Shown here: positions 10,199 through 19,804 of the stretch, one piece after another
How positions within the stretch are numbered: the stretch's first letter is position 1
Layout: each line of letters starts with the position of its first letter
Translations under genes and position numbers: made by a program
The notes under the pieces: generated by a model
What the model was told of the DNA's origin: nothing
Databases searched by the model: none
What the model saw: the letters and a program-made list of their open reading frames with translations, nothing else
NCBI GenBank assembly: GCA_046482545.1
Contig: JAWOEX010000010.1
Coordinates: forward strand, 96,001 to 160,000
Origin: Candidatus Thorarchaeota archaeon
Lineage (GTDB): Archaea; Asgardarchaeota; Thorarchaeia; Thorarchaeales; Thorarchaeaceae
Direction: 5' to 3'
DNA length: 64,000 nt

Positions 10199-12865
10199 CT
10201 ATTGCAGGTAGCCACTGACGTCCTTCAGGTCGTGAGCCTGCAACGAGGGGGTATTAGCGGCAGCCTCTAGTAGGGTATCGATTACCGAATCTGCGCGTGT
10301 TACTTCTGTACAAAGCAGAGCCCGACTCCCAGCGATTTTTGCTACAAGGTAGGCACCGAATTCTTTCCGGAACGCTGAAACTGATAGAATTGTCTCAATT
10401 GGATCCGAGTGGCCCTCTTTGCGCATGCGAAGATATGTAGCAAGTTCCAATGCCTGATGATAGGGCCGCTTCAAGATGGAACTCCACTTGATTTGGTTTC
10501 GGTTCACATTGACAGGTACAACCGGCACATCGTTTTTCTTCAAAATACGCGTGGACTTGATGATGTCGCGTACTGGTGTATATCTAGGATGACCTGGGCC
10601 TGCAGATTGTTCTAGTGGGATATTGGGCGCAAAATCGGAGAGAAGAACAACTAATGGTTGAACTCCTCGATTCCTCATCCGCTCTCGTTTCACAGTCTCA
10701 AGTGATTTCATAAGTCCCTCAGCCAAAGGAGTCAATCCTGAAATCCTGAGCTTTAGAAGAGCACGATATAGACGATTCCAGTTTGTTGTTGGAGCCTGAA
10801 CCTCAATGGCTCCGCTATCCTTGAAGGCGATAATCCCTACACGATCCTTGGAACCGCGCGTTTCATCCTCAATTCGTTGCACAATCTCACGAATATGTTT
10901 CAGACTTCCTTTGATAGACATACTCACATCTATGACGAGCAGAACTGTCAGTGGTGTCTTGCCCGAGAATATTCGTTCTCTCAAATCCGATTTTGTAATC
11001 TGCAGGTAATCAGTGTCATCAATTTGGCCAGTTCTGGCAACAGCTGCAACTAACGACGCAGGAAGATCTATGCTCTGAACCTCCCCTACAGGTATCCGTG
11101 ATCTTGTGGAGCGACCATGTTGGGCGATTTCCGAAGATTGCATCGAACCCACAGAACGAGTCGAACGATTTTTTCTAGACCATGCACCGGAAGTGACTCT
11201 GGACCGCACCAGTGACCTCTTCTGAATCTCTTCCTTCTCAAAAACAGGTTCACCAGCATCAAGGTCAGGAGTCTTAACGAAAAACGTATTTTCGAGGTCC
11301 AAAGGTGGTTGACGGATGTCTGACTTGGATCCAATTACTTCAGATTTCTCCGTCTCACTGTATTGCCCAGTGGCTATCCCCCATTCATCTCCCGCTTGTG
11401 GTTCTGCCTTGCCGGGTTCGACTACATCAATACCTGCTGCAGGACCACTCTTTCGTTTCTGCATGGTCCGAAGCCACCGTCGGATAGTTAGAGCAATGAG
11501 TGGGACATAGATTACTGCGTTCAAAACGAGTAGCGGCGGAGGAGGAAAGACTCCAATCCCAGATCCAAAGAGAATATTGAGGGGACTCAGGTAAATCCAA
11601 GCAAAGAAACCAAAGAAAGCAACCATCATGACAACAAGGATAGTTCCTCTAATCGGAAGGCCTCTAGGATTCCTTACTTTCGACGTTTTTTTTTTGCCTT
11701 CTTGGCCTCCCCATGCGGCAAACGAAGACTGTCTTCCGAATTTCCACCCGCTCTTTCGTTCATCAGTCTCTTCTGAGGAAGCTGGCACTTCGGTGGGCGA
11801 TTTCCTTTCATCGTCAGTCTTGGTGATGTCCGCAGCCCGAGTAATTGCTTTATCAATCTCGGAAGGAGACGGAGGTTCCAAGAGACCGCCGCGCCGTGTC
11901 CTGTGACTAAGCGCCAGTTGAGCTCCAAGCTTCATATCTTCCAAAGTAACGTATTTCCGTCCTTGGAAGGCTGCGTGGGTTATAGCCGCCTTACTGATAA
12001 CAATATCAGGTCTGACTCCATCAACCTCTAGAGCATCACAAGCCATTGCTATTGCCCGTAATTTGGATTCACTAAATACAATTCCGTCAAGAATATCTCT
12101 AGCTTTGACAATTCGCTCCCGCAGCTGTGCTTGCAGCTCGGACCACTTTTCTCTAAATTCCTTAGGATTCTGCTCAAATTCAAGATTCCGTCGAACTAAT
12201 TGCATCCGTTCTTCAATTGAATGCCCACCTCCCACAGATACATGCAAAGGGAATCGATCCAACAATTGAGGTCTGAGCTCTCCTTCTTCTGGATTCATAG
12301 AACCCATCAATACAAAATCTGCAGGATGGGAGACGGATATACCTTCACGCTGTACAACATTAACTTTCGTTGCTGCCGCGTCAAGTAAATCGTCAACAAG
12401 GTGATCAGGAAGCAGATTGACCTCATCAACATACAGAATATTCTGATTGGCCTCTGCCAGAATTCCCGGCTGCAATGCCCGAATTCCTTCTTGGAGTATA
12501 CGTTCTATATCGAGAGAGCCCACAAGGCGATCTTCGGTTGTCGAAAGCGGGAGATTAACGACGCGCATCTTCCGTTTTTCAGTCGAGAGAGACTCACCTG
12601 ATTCAACCCTTGCTCGACAATCAGCACAGAGGAGTTCCTCATTCAAAGGGTTGCAGCTAAAGGGGCAATCGCTTACGACTTCCACTTTAGGCAACAGGTC
12701 GGCTAACGCCCTGACAATAGTTGTCTTGCCGGTACCCTTGGCTCCAGAAACCAACACGCCTCCAATTCGCGGATTGACACCATTCAGAATCAGAGCAATC
12801 TTTAGTCGTTCCAGTCCCACTAGAGCGGTGAATGGTAGAACAGACCTTCCGCGAGGCTCACTCAC
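10199..12865 (-). CDS. ChlI/ChlD-like AAA+ ATPase fused to vWA domain, with internal transmembrane hairpin
   Basis: PFTALVG, GAKGTGKT Walker A, LYVDEVN Walker B, MNPEEGELRPQLLDRF; DVSMS MIDAS, GLTPLA; two hydrophobic helices between the domains. Confidence 0.88.
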   Translation of the reverse strand: MSEPRGRSVLPFTALVGLERLKIALILNGVNPRIGGVLVSGAKGTGKTTIVRALADLLPKVEVVSDCPFSCNPLNEELLCADCRARVESGESLSTEKRKMRVVNLPLSTTEDRLVGSLDIERILQEGIRALQPGILAEANQNILYVDEVNLLPDHLVDDLLDAAATKVNVVQREGISVSHPADFVLMGSMNPEEGELRPQLLDRFPLHVSVGGGHSIEERMQLVRRNLEFEQNPKEFREKWSELQAQLRERIVKARDILDGIVFSESKLRAIAMACDALEVDGVRPDIVISKAAITHAAFQGRKYVTLEDMKLGAQLALSHRTRRGGLLEPPSPSEIDKAITRAADITKTDDERKSPTEVPASSEETDERKSGWKFGRQSSFAAWGGQEGKKKTSKVRNPRGLPIRGTILVVMMVAFFGFFAWIYLSPLNILFGSGIGVFPPPPLLVLNAVIYVPLIALTIRRWLRTMQKRKSGPAAGIDVVEPGKAEPQAGDEWGIATGQYSETEKSEVIGSKSDIRQPPLDLENTFFVKTPDLDAGEPVFEKEEIQKRSLVRSRVTSGAWSRKNRSTRSVGSMQSSEIAQHGRSTRSRIPVGEVQSIDLPASLVAAVARTGQIDDTDYLQITKSDLRERIFSGKTPLTVLLVIDVSMSIKGSLKHIREIVQRIEDETRGSKDRVGIIAFKDSGAIEVQAPTTNWNRLYRALLKLRISGLTPLAEGLMKSLETVKRERMRNRGVQPLVVLLSDFAPNIPLEQSAGPGHPRYTPVRDIIKSTRILKKNDVPVVPVNVNRNQIKWSSILKRPYHQALELATYLRMRKEGHSDPIETILSVSAFRKEFGAYLVAKIAGSRALLCTEVTRADSVIDTLLEAAANTPSLQAHDLKDVSGYLQ

Positions 12866-12948
12866 TGGATTTCCCTTCCCTTATTTGAGAAAAGAATGAA
12901 AAATAGCCAAATAAGGGTGTGCTTCCCCGTAGTATATGAGTTGACACT

Positions 12949-14097
12949 ATGACCTCACGAATGACTCATCTTCACTGTCCAAACTGTGGAAAGAAATACA
13001 AGGCTGAACCCGGAATTTCATACTGCTCATGCGGCTCTCCCATTTTTGCACAATATGATATCAAAGCTGTTTCGGAGGATATTGCAAACAATGATTTCCC
13101 CGGAAGGGAGAATTCGATGTGGAGATATGCCAGTCTGTTACCTGTTGACTCGCGAAGAGCTGTCACATTGGGTGAAGGTTGGACTCCTTTACTTTCATCA
13201 AAACGTATCCATGAATACATGGGCCTAGAATCGGTCTATATCAAGCAAGAATCGCAAAACCCTACGTTGAGCTTCAAAGATCGTGGACTCAGTGCCGCTA
13301 TCTCCAAACACACTCAACTTCGGAGCAACCATTTTGTAATTCCATCAGCAGGTAATGCAGCCATATCCATGTCAGCTTATGCTGCAGCTGCTGGGGCTCT
13401 AGCGACAGTTTACATGCCTGAAAATACACATGAGTCATTTTTCCAAGCTTGTTCCCAATATGGAACAGAAGTCATTGCTGTGAAAGGAACTATCGCAGAT
13501 TGCGGTACAGCGGTACAGAAAAATGAGGGGGTTTGGACCGATATCTCAACAACAAAAGAGCCATTTCGGGTGGAAGGTAAGAAAACACTAGGTTTCGAAA
13601 TATGTGAACAGATGAACTGGTCACTTCCTGAAGTGATTATCTGTCCTACCGGCGGAGGAACCGCACTTCTCGGTATATGGAAAGGAATACAGGAGCTTGA
13701 GAATGTGGGACTCATCGATGGGACCCGGCCCCGTATGTTTGCAGCGCAGAGTGATGGTTGTGCGCCCGTCGTCCGAGCGTTCAAAGCCGGATCCAAGACA
13801 ATTGAGCCTTGGGAAGATAGTGAGACAAAGGCCTTAGGTCTGCGTGTTCCAAAACCATTCGCAGATGAATTGATTCTAGATATACTGCGAGAGTCAGAAG
13901 GAGGAGCAGTAGCAGTAGATGAAAAATCGATTGGAAAAACTAGACGATTAGTAGCAGAAGACGAGGGTATTGATATGTGCCCCGAAGCTGCGGTGGCTAT
14001 CGCTGGAGCAAAGAAACTTGTTGAACAGAGAAACATAGACAAGAATGAAGATGTCGTGGTTCTGAACACCGGTTCAGGGGTCAGATATCCAAGCTAG
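12949..14097 (+). CDS. thrC: Threonine synthase-like PLP enzyme
   Basis: LGEGWTPL, NPTLSFKDRG (PLP lysine), SAGNA, EGKKT, PTGGG and NTGSG motifs. Confidence 0.8.
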   Translation: MTSRMTHLHCPNCGKKYKAEPGISYCSCGSPIFAQYDIKAVSEDIANNDFPGRENSMWRYASLLPVDSRRAVTLGEGWTPLLSSKRIHEYMGLESVYIKQESQNPTLSFKDRGLSAAISKHTQLRSNHFVIPSAGNAAISMSAYAAAAGALATVYMPENTHESFFQACSQYGTEVIAVKGTIADCGTAVQKNEGVWTDISTTKEPFRVEGKKTLGFEICEQMNWSLPEVIICPTGGGTALLGIWKGIQELENVGLIDGTRPRMFAAQSDGCAPVVRAFKAGSKTIEPWEDSETKALGLRVPKPFADELILDILRESEGGAVAVDEKSIGKTRRLVAEDEGIDMCPEAAVAIAGAKKLVEQRNIDKNEDVVVLNTGSGVRYPS

Positions 14098-14735
14098 GTT
14101 TTATTTGGCAGGTGGTCAAGAATAAATCTCAAATCATTCTCTTTTATTACAACGTCAGCTGCTTCTGCTACTTCGTCATCTTCCGGACAAAACGCTATTG
14201 AAAGTCCCACATGAGAAAAAGCGCTGACATCATTTTTCCCATCACCTACGTATGCGGTTTGTTCTAGTGGAACAGCAAAGCGATTAGCGATTTGTTGGAT
14301 TAGACTACCCTTCTCCCCCCATTCGACACGCACATCCACTTCACCTGTAATCTTACCATCCTCGTGTAGTAAGCGATTTGTCATAACACAGTCTATGCCT
14401 AAACGATTTCCGACATGTTCTGCTACTATATCTAACCCTCCAGATATGATGGCCAACTCAGCCCCCGCATCCTTGAGAGCTTCAACTGTCTCCATCGCCC
14501 CCGGAGTCAAGTCGGATGTCTTCGCTAATTCTGCTGCATCTTCAATTTTTTTGCCTTTCCATAATGATGCATCTAGAGTTGCCCATTGTTTATAGTTAAT
14601 ATCACCAGCGAAGTACCGATTGAAATACGCCTTACCTTCAGCTTGGGTTCCAAAATGCTCGTGCAGTCTCCACCAGATAGAGGAATGGGTTGTAAGAGTG
14701 CCATCAACATCAAACACTACAAGGCGTATTGTCAT
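14094..14735 (-). CDS. serB: HAD-IB phosphatase, phosphoserine phosphatase-like
   Basis: FDVDGTL, ISGG and GDGKND motifs. Confidence 0.8.
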   Translation of the reverse strand: MTIRLVVFDVDGTLTTHSSIWWRLHEHFGTQAEGKAYFNRYFAGDINYKQWATLDASLWKGKKIEDAAELAKTSDLTPGAMETVEALKDAGAELAIISGGLDIVAEHVGNRLGIDCVMTNRLLHEDGKITGEVDVRVEWGEKGSLIQQIANRFAVPLEQTAYVGDGKNDVSAFSHVGLSIAFCPEDDEVAEAADVVIKENDLRFILDHLPNKT

Positions 14736-14766
14736 TTATTATCCCGTACCAAATCACAAATCAGTA

Positions 14767-15417
14767 TTATGAACTTCGCTCTCGTTCAGTGCGTGCTTCT
14801 TCTTCCAACTCTAGTAGAAGCTCCTCAACCCTATTAGAAGCAGCCTCATTTCGTTGCTTCACAGCCGCCTGTTGCTTCTCGACCGATGGAACAGCAGTTT
14901 TTTTCTCCATAAGAACTTCGGCTTCAATATTGCTCAGCCGTTTCTCAATCTGTTCTTCTTCCGCAATAGTTGTTCCTGACCCAACTAAATCCTCTGATAG
15001 GAGCTCACTCGATATGGACACTCGCTCCAGAGAATCTGAGAGTTTATCCATTTCTTCCTGAATTTCAGCAGGTGAAAGCATATCCCGAGCTTGATTCAAT
15101 GCCCGGTTTGCAGTGCGAAGGGTTTTGAGAATCCTGGTCTGATCGCTAGATTCTTCTATGCTCATCAATGCAGATTGAAGAGTCTGGAATTGCTGCTGAT
15201 ACCTACCAAGTCTCTTCTCAAGGTCAACCGCTACTCCAAGATGAGTTCTGGCTACGCTTTTGTTTCCTTGTTTTACAGCCTTCTTCGCTGCACGATGCTC
15301 CTCGGAAATACGGGTTTCGAGCTTCCTTATGCGGAGAGTGATAGCGTTCATAGTCCCTTTAATCTCTAGAATTCCTCTCTCGGCATCAACTTCCTTCTTG
15401 CCGCTTAGGAAACCCAT
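14767..15417 (-). CDS. ESCRT-III Snf7-family protein
   Basis: MGFLSGKK start, basic helical hairpin (AKKAVKQGNKSVARTHL), LKTLRTANRAL, acidic C-terminal half; typical Snf7 layout. Confidence 0.8.
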   Translation of the reverse strand: MGFLSGKKEVDAERGILEIKGTMNAITLRIRKLETRISEEHRAAKKAVKQGNKSVARTHLGVAVDLEKRLGRYQQQFQTLQSALMSIEESSDQTRILKTLRTANRALNQARDMLSPAEIQEEMDKLSDSLERVSISSELLSEDLVGSGTTIAEEEQIEKRLSNIEAEVLMEKKTAVPSVEKQQAAVKQRNEAASNRVEELLLELEEEARTERERSS

Positions 15418-15506
15418 AATGTGCACCAGTCCGGTTCTACAACCTGTCTCCTCAGCGAGAGCATTTAAACGATTGGACTATCCAGACATATAACGGAAGT
15501 CTCAGC

Positions 15507-16325
15507 ATGAGAATTATTGACACTCTCCGAAAGGCAGTAGAATCCGCCCGTGAATTGATCCTTGACAACATTGAGAGAGCACGTGTAAAAACAGGGAAAA
15601 GGAATCCTTTTGGTGACCAGACCCTCGCTCTTGACAAGGAAACTGAAGATATAGTCATCAATGTGCTCCAAGAATCTGACACAACTTTTTCGATTATGAC
15701 TGAAGAACAGGGTATTGTCGAGCAAGACAGCCGGCCTGACTATATTGCTATCGTCGACCCCATTGATGGTTCTGCGAACCTAGAAAGAGGCATACCCATT
15801 TGTTCAATTGGTATTTCGGTTTTGCCCTATGGCGAAAGACTCACGACAGATGACCTCGAAGTGAGCATCATCCAGTCATACTTTACCAATGAAACCTATG
15901 TGGCAATGAAGGGTAAAGGTGTGACCCTCAACGGCAAGCAGATAAGACCAAGGGAGAAAAGCCCGATTGCGGAGACGATAATCTCATACGATACAAAAAA
16001 GCAGTGGGATGAAGAATTCTCTGCGGCTTCTTTGCGGGTACTGAAAAATGTCTTTGATATGCGCCGCAGTGCAAGCAATCTGCTCGACCTGTGCTGGACA
16101 GCCGCAGGAGGCCTTGATGCGATGCTCGATCTTCGCGGTGTCTTGCCAATTGTGCATGTCTCTGGCACCCACATGGTTACTGAGGCTGGAGGATTCGTTG
16201 TTGATTTCCAAGGATCCAGATTGAAGCTCCCAATAGATTACGACGAGAGAATGAGTTTCGTCGCGGCGTCGAATGAAATATTGGCTAGAAATCTTTTAGC
16301 TCTTTGGCAGGGCACTAAGAGCTGA
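15507..16325 (+). CDS. suhB: Inositol monophosphatase / FBPase (FIG superfamily)
   Basis: TEEQG, DPIDGSAN and EAGG motifs. Confidence 0.85.
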   Translation: MRIIDTLRKAVESARELILDNIERARVKTGKRNPFGDQTLALDKETEDIVINVLQESDTTFSIMTEEQGIVEQDSRPDYIAIVDPIDGSANLERGIPICSIGISVLPYGERLTTDDLEVSIIQSYFTNETYVAMKGKGVTLNGKQIRPREKSPIAETIISYDTKKQWDEEFSAASLRVLKNVFDMRRSASNLLDLCWTAAGGLDAMLDLRGVLPIVHVSGTHMVTEAGGFVVDFQGSRLKLPIDYDERMSFVAASNEILARNLLALWQGTKS

Positions 16326-16401
16326 AGCGCAAATTTTAGTCGTATCTAAATTCTTTTTTGTGAGGAACGAGTGTAGGGAAACAGCACAGAGGAGTATTGA
16401 A

Positions 16402-17217
16402 ATGTCTAAATCAAAATCAATGGTGCCTCCCGAAGTGGAGAAGGCGATGAAAAATGTCAAGCATAAGATTGTCATACTCAGTGGGAAAGGTGGAGTAGGC
16501 AAGACCACAGTAGCGACTAACCTAGCCATGTCCTTTGCAAAAAAGGGAAAGAAAGCTGGGATTCTGGACGTAGATATATACGGTCCTAATGTACCCAAGC
16601 TTCTCGGCTTAGAGGGGCAACATCCAACAGCTGAGGAGAAGATGATCCACCCAATTGAAGGCCCATTAGATACGAAAGTTATGAGCATGGCCTTCCTGTT
16701 ACGGAACAAGGATGATGCTGTAGCATGGAGAGGTCCACTAGTAGCGAAAACTATCAGCCAGTTCCTGAGCAATGTTACCTGGGGTGAGCTTGATGTCCTA
16801 GTTGTTGACCTTCCGCCAGGTACAGGTGATGAAATCCTAAGCATCCTTCAATCCATTCCAGACATAGACGGTGTTGTCATTGTGAGCACTCCTCAAGAAG
16901 TTGCAGTAATGGATGCAAGGCGTGCTGTTCGACTTGTTAAGAAAATGGGGGTACCAGTGCTTGGAATCGTTGAGAACATGAGTGAATTTGTCTGCCCCAA
17001 TTGCAGTGAATCATTCAAGCTATATGGTGAAGGAGCAGCTAAGGAAGCAACAGAAGATTTCCAAATCGATTTGCTTGGTTCTCTTCCTTTTGACCCTAGA
17101 GTGATTCAGCGCAGTGACCAGGGAAAACCTTTCGTTATTTCTGAGCCTGATACTGAAGTTTCGAAAGCGTTTGCGAAGGTTGTGGAAAAGCTCACTAAGA
17201 AAATCAATATTGAATAG
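16402..17217 (+). CDS. apbC: Mrp/NBP35 Fe-S cluster carrier ATPase
   Basis: SGKGGVGKTT, DVDIYGP, DLPPGTGD and ENMS..CPNC motifs. Confidence 0.93.
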   Translation: MSKSKSMVPPEVEKAMKNVKHKIVILSGKGGVGKTTVATNLAMSFAKKGKKAGILDVDIYGPNVPKLLGLEGQHPTAEEKMIHPIEGPLDTKVMSMAFLLRNKDDAVAWRGPLVAKTISQFLSNVTWGELDVLVVDLPPGTGDEILSILQSIPDIDGVVIVSTPQEVAVMDARRAVRLVKKMGVPVLGIVENMSEFVCPNCSESFKLYGEGAAKEATEDFQIDLLGSLPFDPRVIQRSDQGKPFVISEPDTEVSKAFAKVVEKLTKKINIE

Positions 17218-17356
17218 TATCAAAAAAAGGGAAAACGGGAATCTGGGATAACTCTTACAAAGACTGAAAACGAGTGAGCATGGAAATACAAGAATAAGTC
17301 AGTATGTCTGGCATTTTTCAATTCCGCTGGTGGAATTGATTTGAAAATGTAATTTT

Positions 17357-17656
17357 CTATTCCTGAGGAACCTCTTCTTTATCAATTCGAACTAGATATG
17401 CTTGGAGGAGCAGAAAGCTAGAAACCGCCATACCAACTTCTATCCAGAAAGTCAGGTGCGCCCCGAACCACTTGATAGGATTAATGGCGAGGTCGCCAAA
17501 GGCAGTCCCAAACACAACAGATTGAATCCACATTGGAACAATGAAAGCTAGTGGCAGAGATACCAAAAGTACCAAGATTATTGAAGCTAGAATCTCAGCT
17601 GTGTACATAAGGACCCGCTTGAGCGATTCGTTAATTTTTGAAAGAGTCTCTGACAT
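17357..17656 (-). CDS. Small membrane protein
   Basis: 99 aa with two hydrophobic helices; purine-rich SD upstream. Confidence 0.6.
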   Translation of the reverse strand: MSETLSKINESLKRVLMYTAEILASIILVLLVSLPLAFIVPMWIQSVVFGTAFGDLAINPIKWFGAHLTFWIEVGMAVSSFLLLQAYLVRIDKEEVPQE

Positions 17657-17729
17657 TGTTTTCCCTTTCCTAGGAATTCAGTTTTCACCGTCCTTTTAAC
17701 GCTTGCTAGAACATGAACAAATCTCGAAT

Positions 17730-17810
17730 AAAAGAAGACGGGGTGACCCCCGAGAGATGATCAGGGATTGAGTGTGGATGTCCGAGAGGGAGAGATGTGG
17801 GTCACCCGCT
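17730..17810 (-). ncRNA. Candidate small RNA, unit 1
   Basis: 9-bp stem GGGTGACCC/GGGTCACCC closing a strand-biased loop; T-rich 3' end and TTATATAA about 20-25 nt upstream on the minus strand. Confidence 0.35.
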
Positions 17811-17904
17811 AGTGACAGCTATGTAATATTATATAATAAGTGTATATAGTATAGATGGATTGACGAATCACAATCGAATTCCCTGTAAAGAAGGAAGATG
17901 GAGC

Positions 17905-17985
17905 AAAAAGAAAGGGCAGGGGGCCCATTCAGAACACAGAAGGAGAAGAGAGAAGATCGTTCGTGAAAGAGTAGCCCCCAGTCAC
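17905..17985 (-). ncRNA. Candidate small RNA, unit 2
   Basis: GGGGGC/GCCCCC stem closing a CU-rich loop on the minus strand, followed by a T-tract; same GTAATATTA upstream motif as unit 1. Confidence 0.3.
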
Positions 17986-18261
17986 CTTCAGTAATATTAC
18001 TGAGAGAATGCATATAATCAATTTCATGATGTAATAACAAAGAAGGGCCGGAAACTCCTACATCCTGTTTGCACGGGTAACGTGCACACACTCCTCTCCT
18101 CCTCAAGCGCGGGCGTATAAGCCTGTTACAACCAGGGAATCTTTTTCTCGGGCGCTCCTAGCACCTTCACATTTTTCTTGTGGATTGCAAGGTGGTCAGG
18201 AAAATGGGGGCACCCTTGATCAGGTGGGTTCCATAAACTGAAAGAGATTTAGATAGAATGC

Positions 18262-18933
18262 TCATTCCAATGGAAAAGCATACTCTCTTTTCAAATCCTT
18301 GAGTATTGAGCGGACAGTTTGTTCCCGCAGATTCAATTTGCTAGAAATACTTGTAACCGTTTCATCTTGGCTATCAAGGATGCAATACAAAACCCTACGA
18401 ACATTGGGTCTATCAATCTTCTTTACAATATGCGATGCTTTGTGTACAACCCTATTTCGGATATACAATAGAATCGCCCGTTCTCGTTCCATTCTATCAA
18501 GTAATGCATCTATTCGATCCAGTAAATCCGCAAATTCACCTATCTGCTCGCGTTCGTTTTGTTCAGAAATTAACTCGAGCTCTTCAAGAAGCCCAGAAGA
18601 GGATTTGCGAAAATTGGCGGCATCAGGCTCAGTCCTGAAAGATATCATTCGTAGATCAAAAAGATGGGGAGCTAGTTCGATAGTAATCAACAGATTCTTA
18701 CTAAGCGAGTATACTCTCCTCTTGGGTCCTCTTGTGCTATCCTCTAGCTCCGACTCTATTAGCCCCCCTTCTTCCATGATTCTCAGGTGGGACGAAACCA
18801 ATTGTTGACTTATTCCTAGCTCTTTTGCTATACGCAAGGAATAGCCAGGTTCGTGGCTTAAGCGCTCCAGAATTCGTCTTCTGGTGGGATTCTCAAGAAG
18901 GGTTATGAAATCATCAATACTTTCAGTTGTCAT
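18262..18933 (-). CDS. ArsR-type wHTH regulator, archaeal heat-shock regulator-like
   Basis: LENPTRRRIL...GISQQLVSSHL...GPKRRVY, coiled coil and a second HTH; directly downstream of hsp20. Confidence 0.8.
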   Translation of the reverse strand: MTTESIDDFITLLENPTRRRILERLSHEPGYSLRIAKELGISQQLVSSHLRIMEEGGLIESELEDSTRGPKRRVYSLSKNLLITIELAPHLFDLRMISFRTEPDAANFRKSSSGLLEELELISEQNEREQIGEFADLLDRIDALLDRMERERAILLYIRNRVVHKASHIVKKIDRPNVRRVLYCILDSQDETVTSISSKLNLREQTVRSILKDLKREYAFPLE

Positions 18934-18991
18934 TATAGGGTTGCTCCGATTAGGAAAGAAAAAAGAAGGAAGGAGCGTAGATAGAACTCGA

Positions 18992-19513
18992 CTATTCAAG
19001 TTCTACCTTTGTCATTCGCTCCTCAGGTTTTGGTTCTTTCTTCGTGACTTTGAGCTCCAGCACGCCATCTTTCATTGTGCCTTTGACTTTTGAGGGGTTA
19101 ACTTCCTCAGGAAATCGCACTGTTCTGCTAATTTGTGAATATGTTCGCTCCCTATGTATGTAGTCTCCTTCTGTCTCTTCCTCCCGATTTTCTATCTCCG
19201 CCTGTACTCGCAGGGTATCCTTGTTTACCTCAACATCCACATTGTCCTTGTTGAGACCAGGGAGCTCCGCTGTGACAAGATACGTCTCGCCCTGATCTAC
19301 GAGATCACAGAGAGGATACCTAGTGGGAAGACGCCCACCAGTTCTTGCCGCTGTTCTCATCGGCATAAAGGGTGCCATAAGATTGTCAAAAGATCTCCTG
19401 AAATCATCAAATATCGCATCAAATCCGCGTGCTAGTGATCTGTTACGCTCGGGAACACGACTGTCTGATCTCGGTTCAATATTCTTGTGTTCATCGATAT
19501 TTTCTTTAGACAT
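18992..19513 (-). CDS. Small heat-shock protein Hsp20
   Basis: AELPGL, RERTY, FPEEV and DGVLEL alpha-crystallin motifs; C-terminal VEL (IxI-like). Confidence 0.92.
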   Translation of the reverse strand: MSKENIDEHKNIEPRSDSRVPERNRSLARGFDAIFDDFRRSFDNLMAPFMPMRTAARTGGRLPTRYPLCDLVDQGETYLVTAELPGLNKDNVDVEVNKDTLRVQAEIENREEETEGDYIHRERTYSQISRTVRFPEEVNPSKVKGTMKDGVLELKVTKKEPKPEERMTKVELE

Positions 19514-19524
19514 TTGTGCACCTC

Positions 19525-19551
19525 CATTATACATATTTGGTTTGTATAATG
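19525..19551. promoter_or_regulatory. Inverted repeat, candidate operator of hsp20
   Basis: Perfect CATTATACA-N9-TGTATAATG abutting the GGAGG SD of hsp20. Confidence 0.55.
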
Positions 19552-19804
19552 TCGCAGTATCTATTTGAATTTTTCGGTAGATTGGTCATTTGTTATGTGA
19601 ACACACAGGTATAAACCCCCGAACTCGTTAAACATACAGAGGATACTTCACTGCGCTTTACAGGCATAGGAGAATATCAGCTGGTTCAATGATCTCCTTT
19701 TCACAACAATCATAATCTACGTTCTGTCAGTACAACCAAACACCTGTGGTGAAGACCAATAGTAGTTGGGATAGCCCAAGGGTGAAAATTCCTCAATGAA
19801 GCAA

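Noticed and set aside
10199-12865. Evidence for chlorophyll synthesis
   Set aside because: No chlH or pathway genes; ChlI/D-like ATPases are common in non-phototrophic archaea
17819-18106. 95-aa minus-strand ORF
   Set aside because: Crosses AT-rich promoter-like and hairpin sequence; atypical composition
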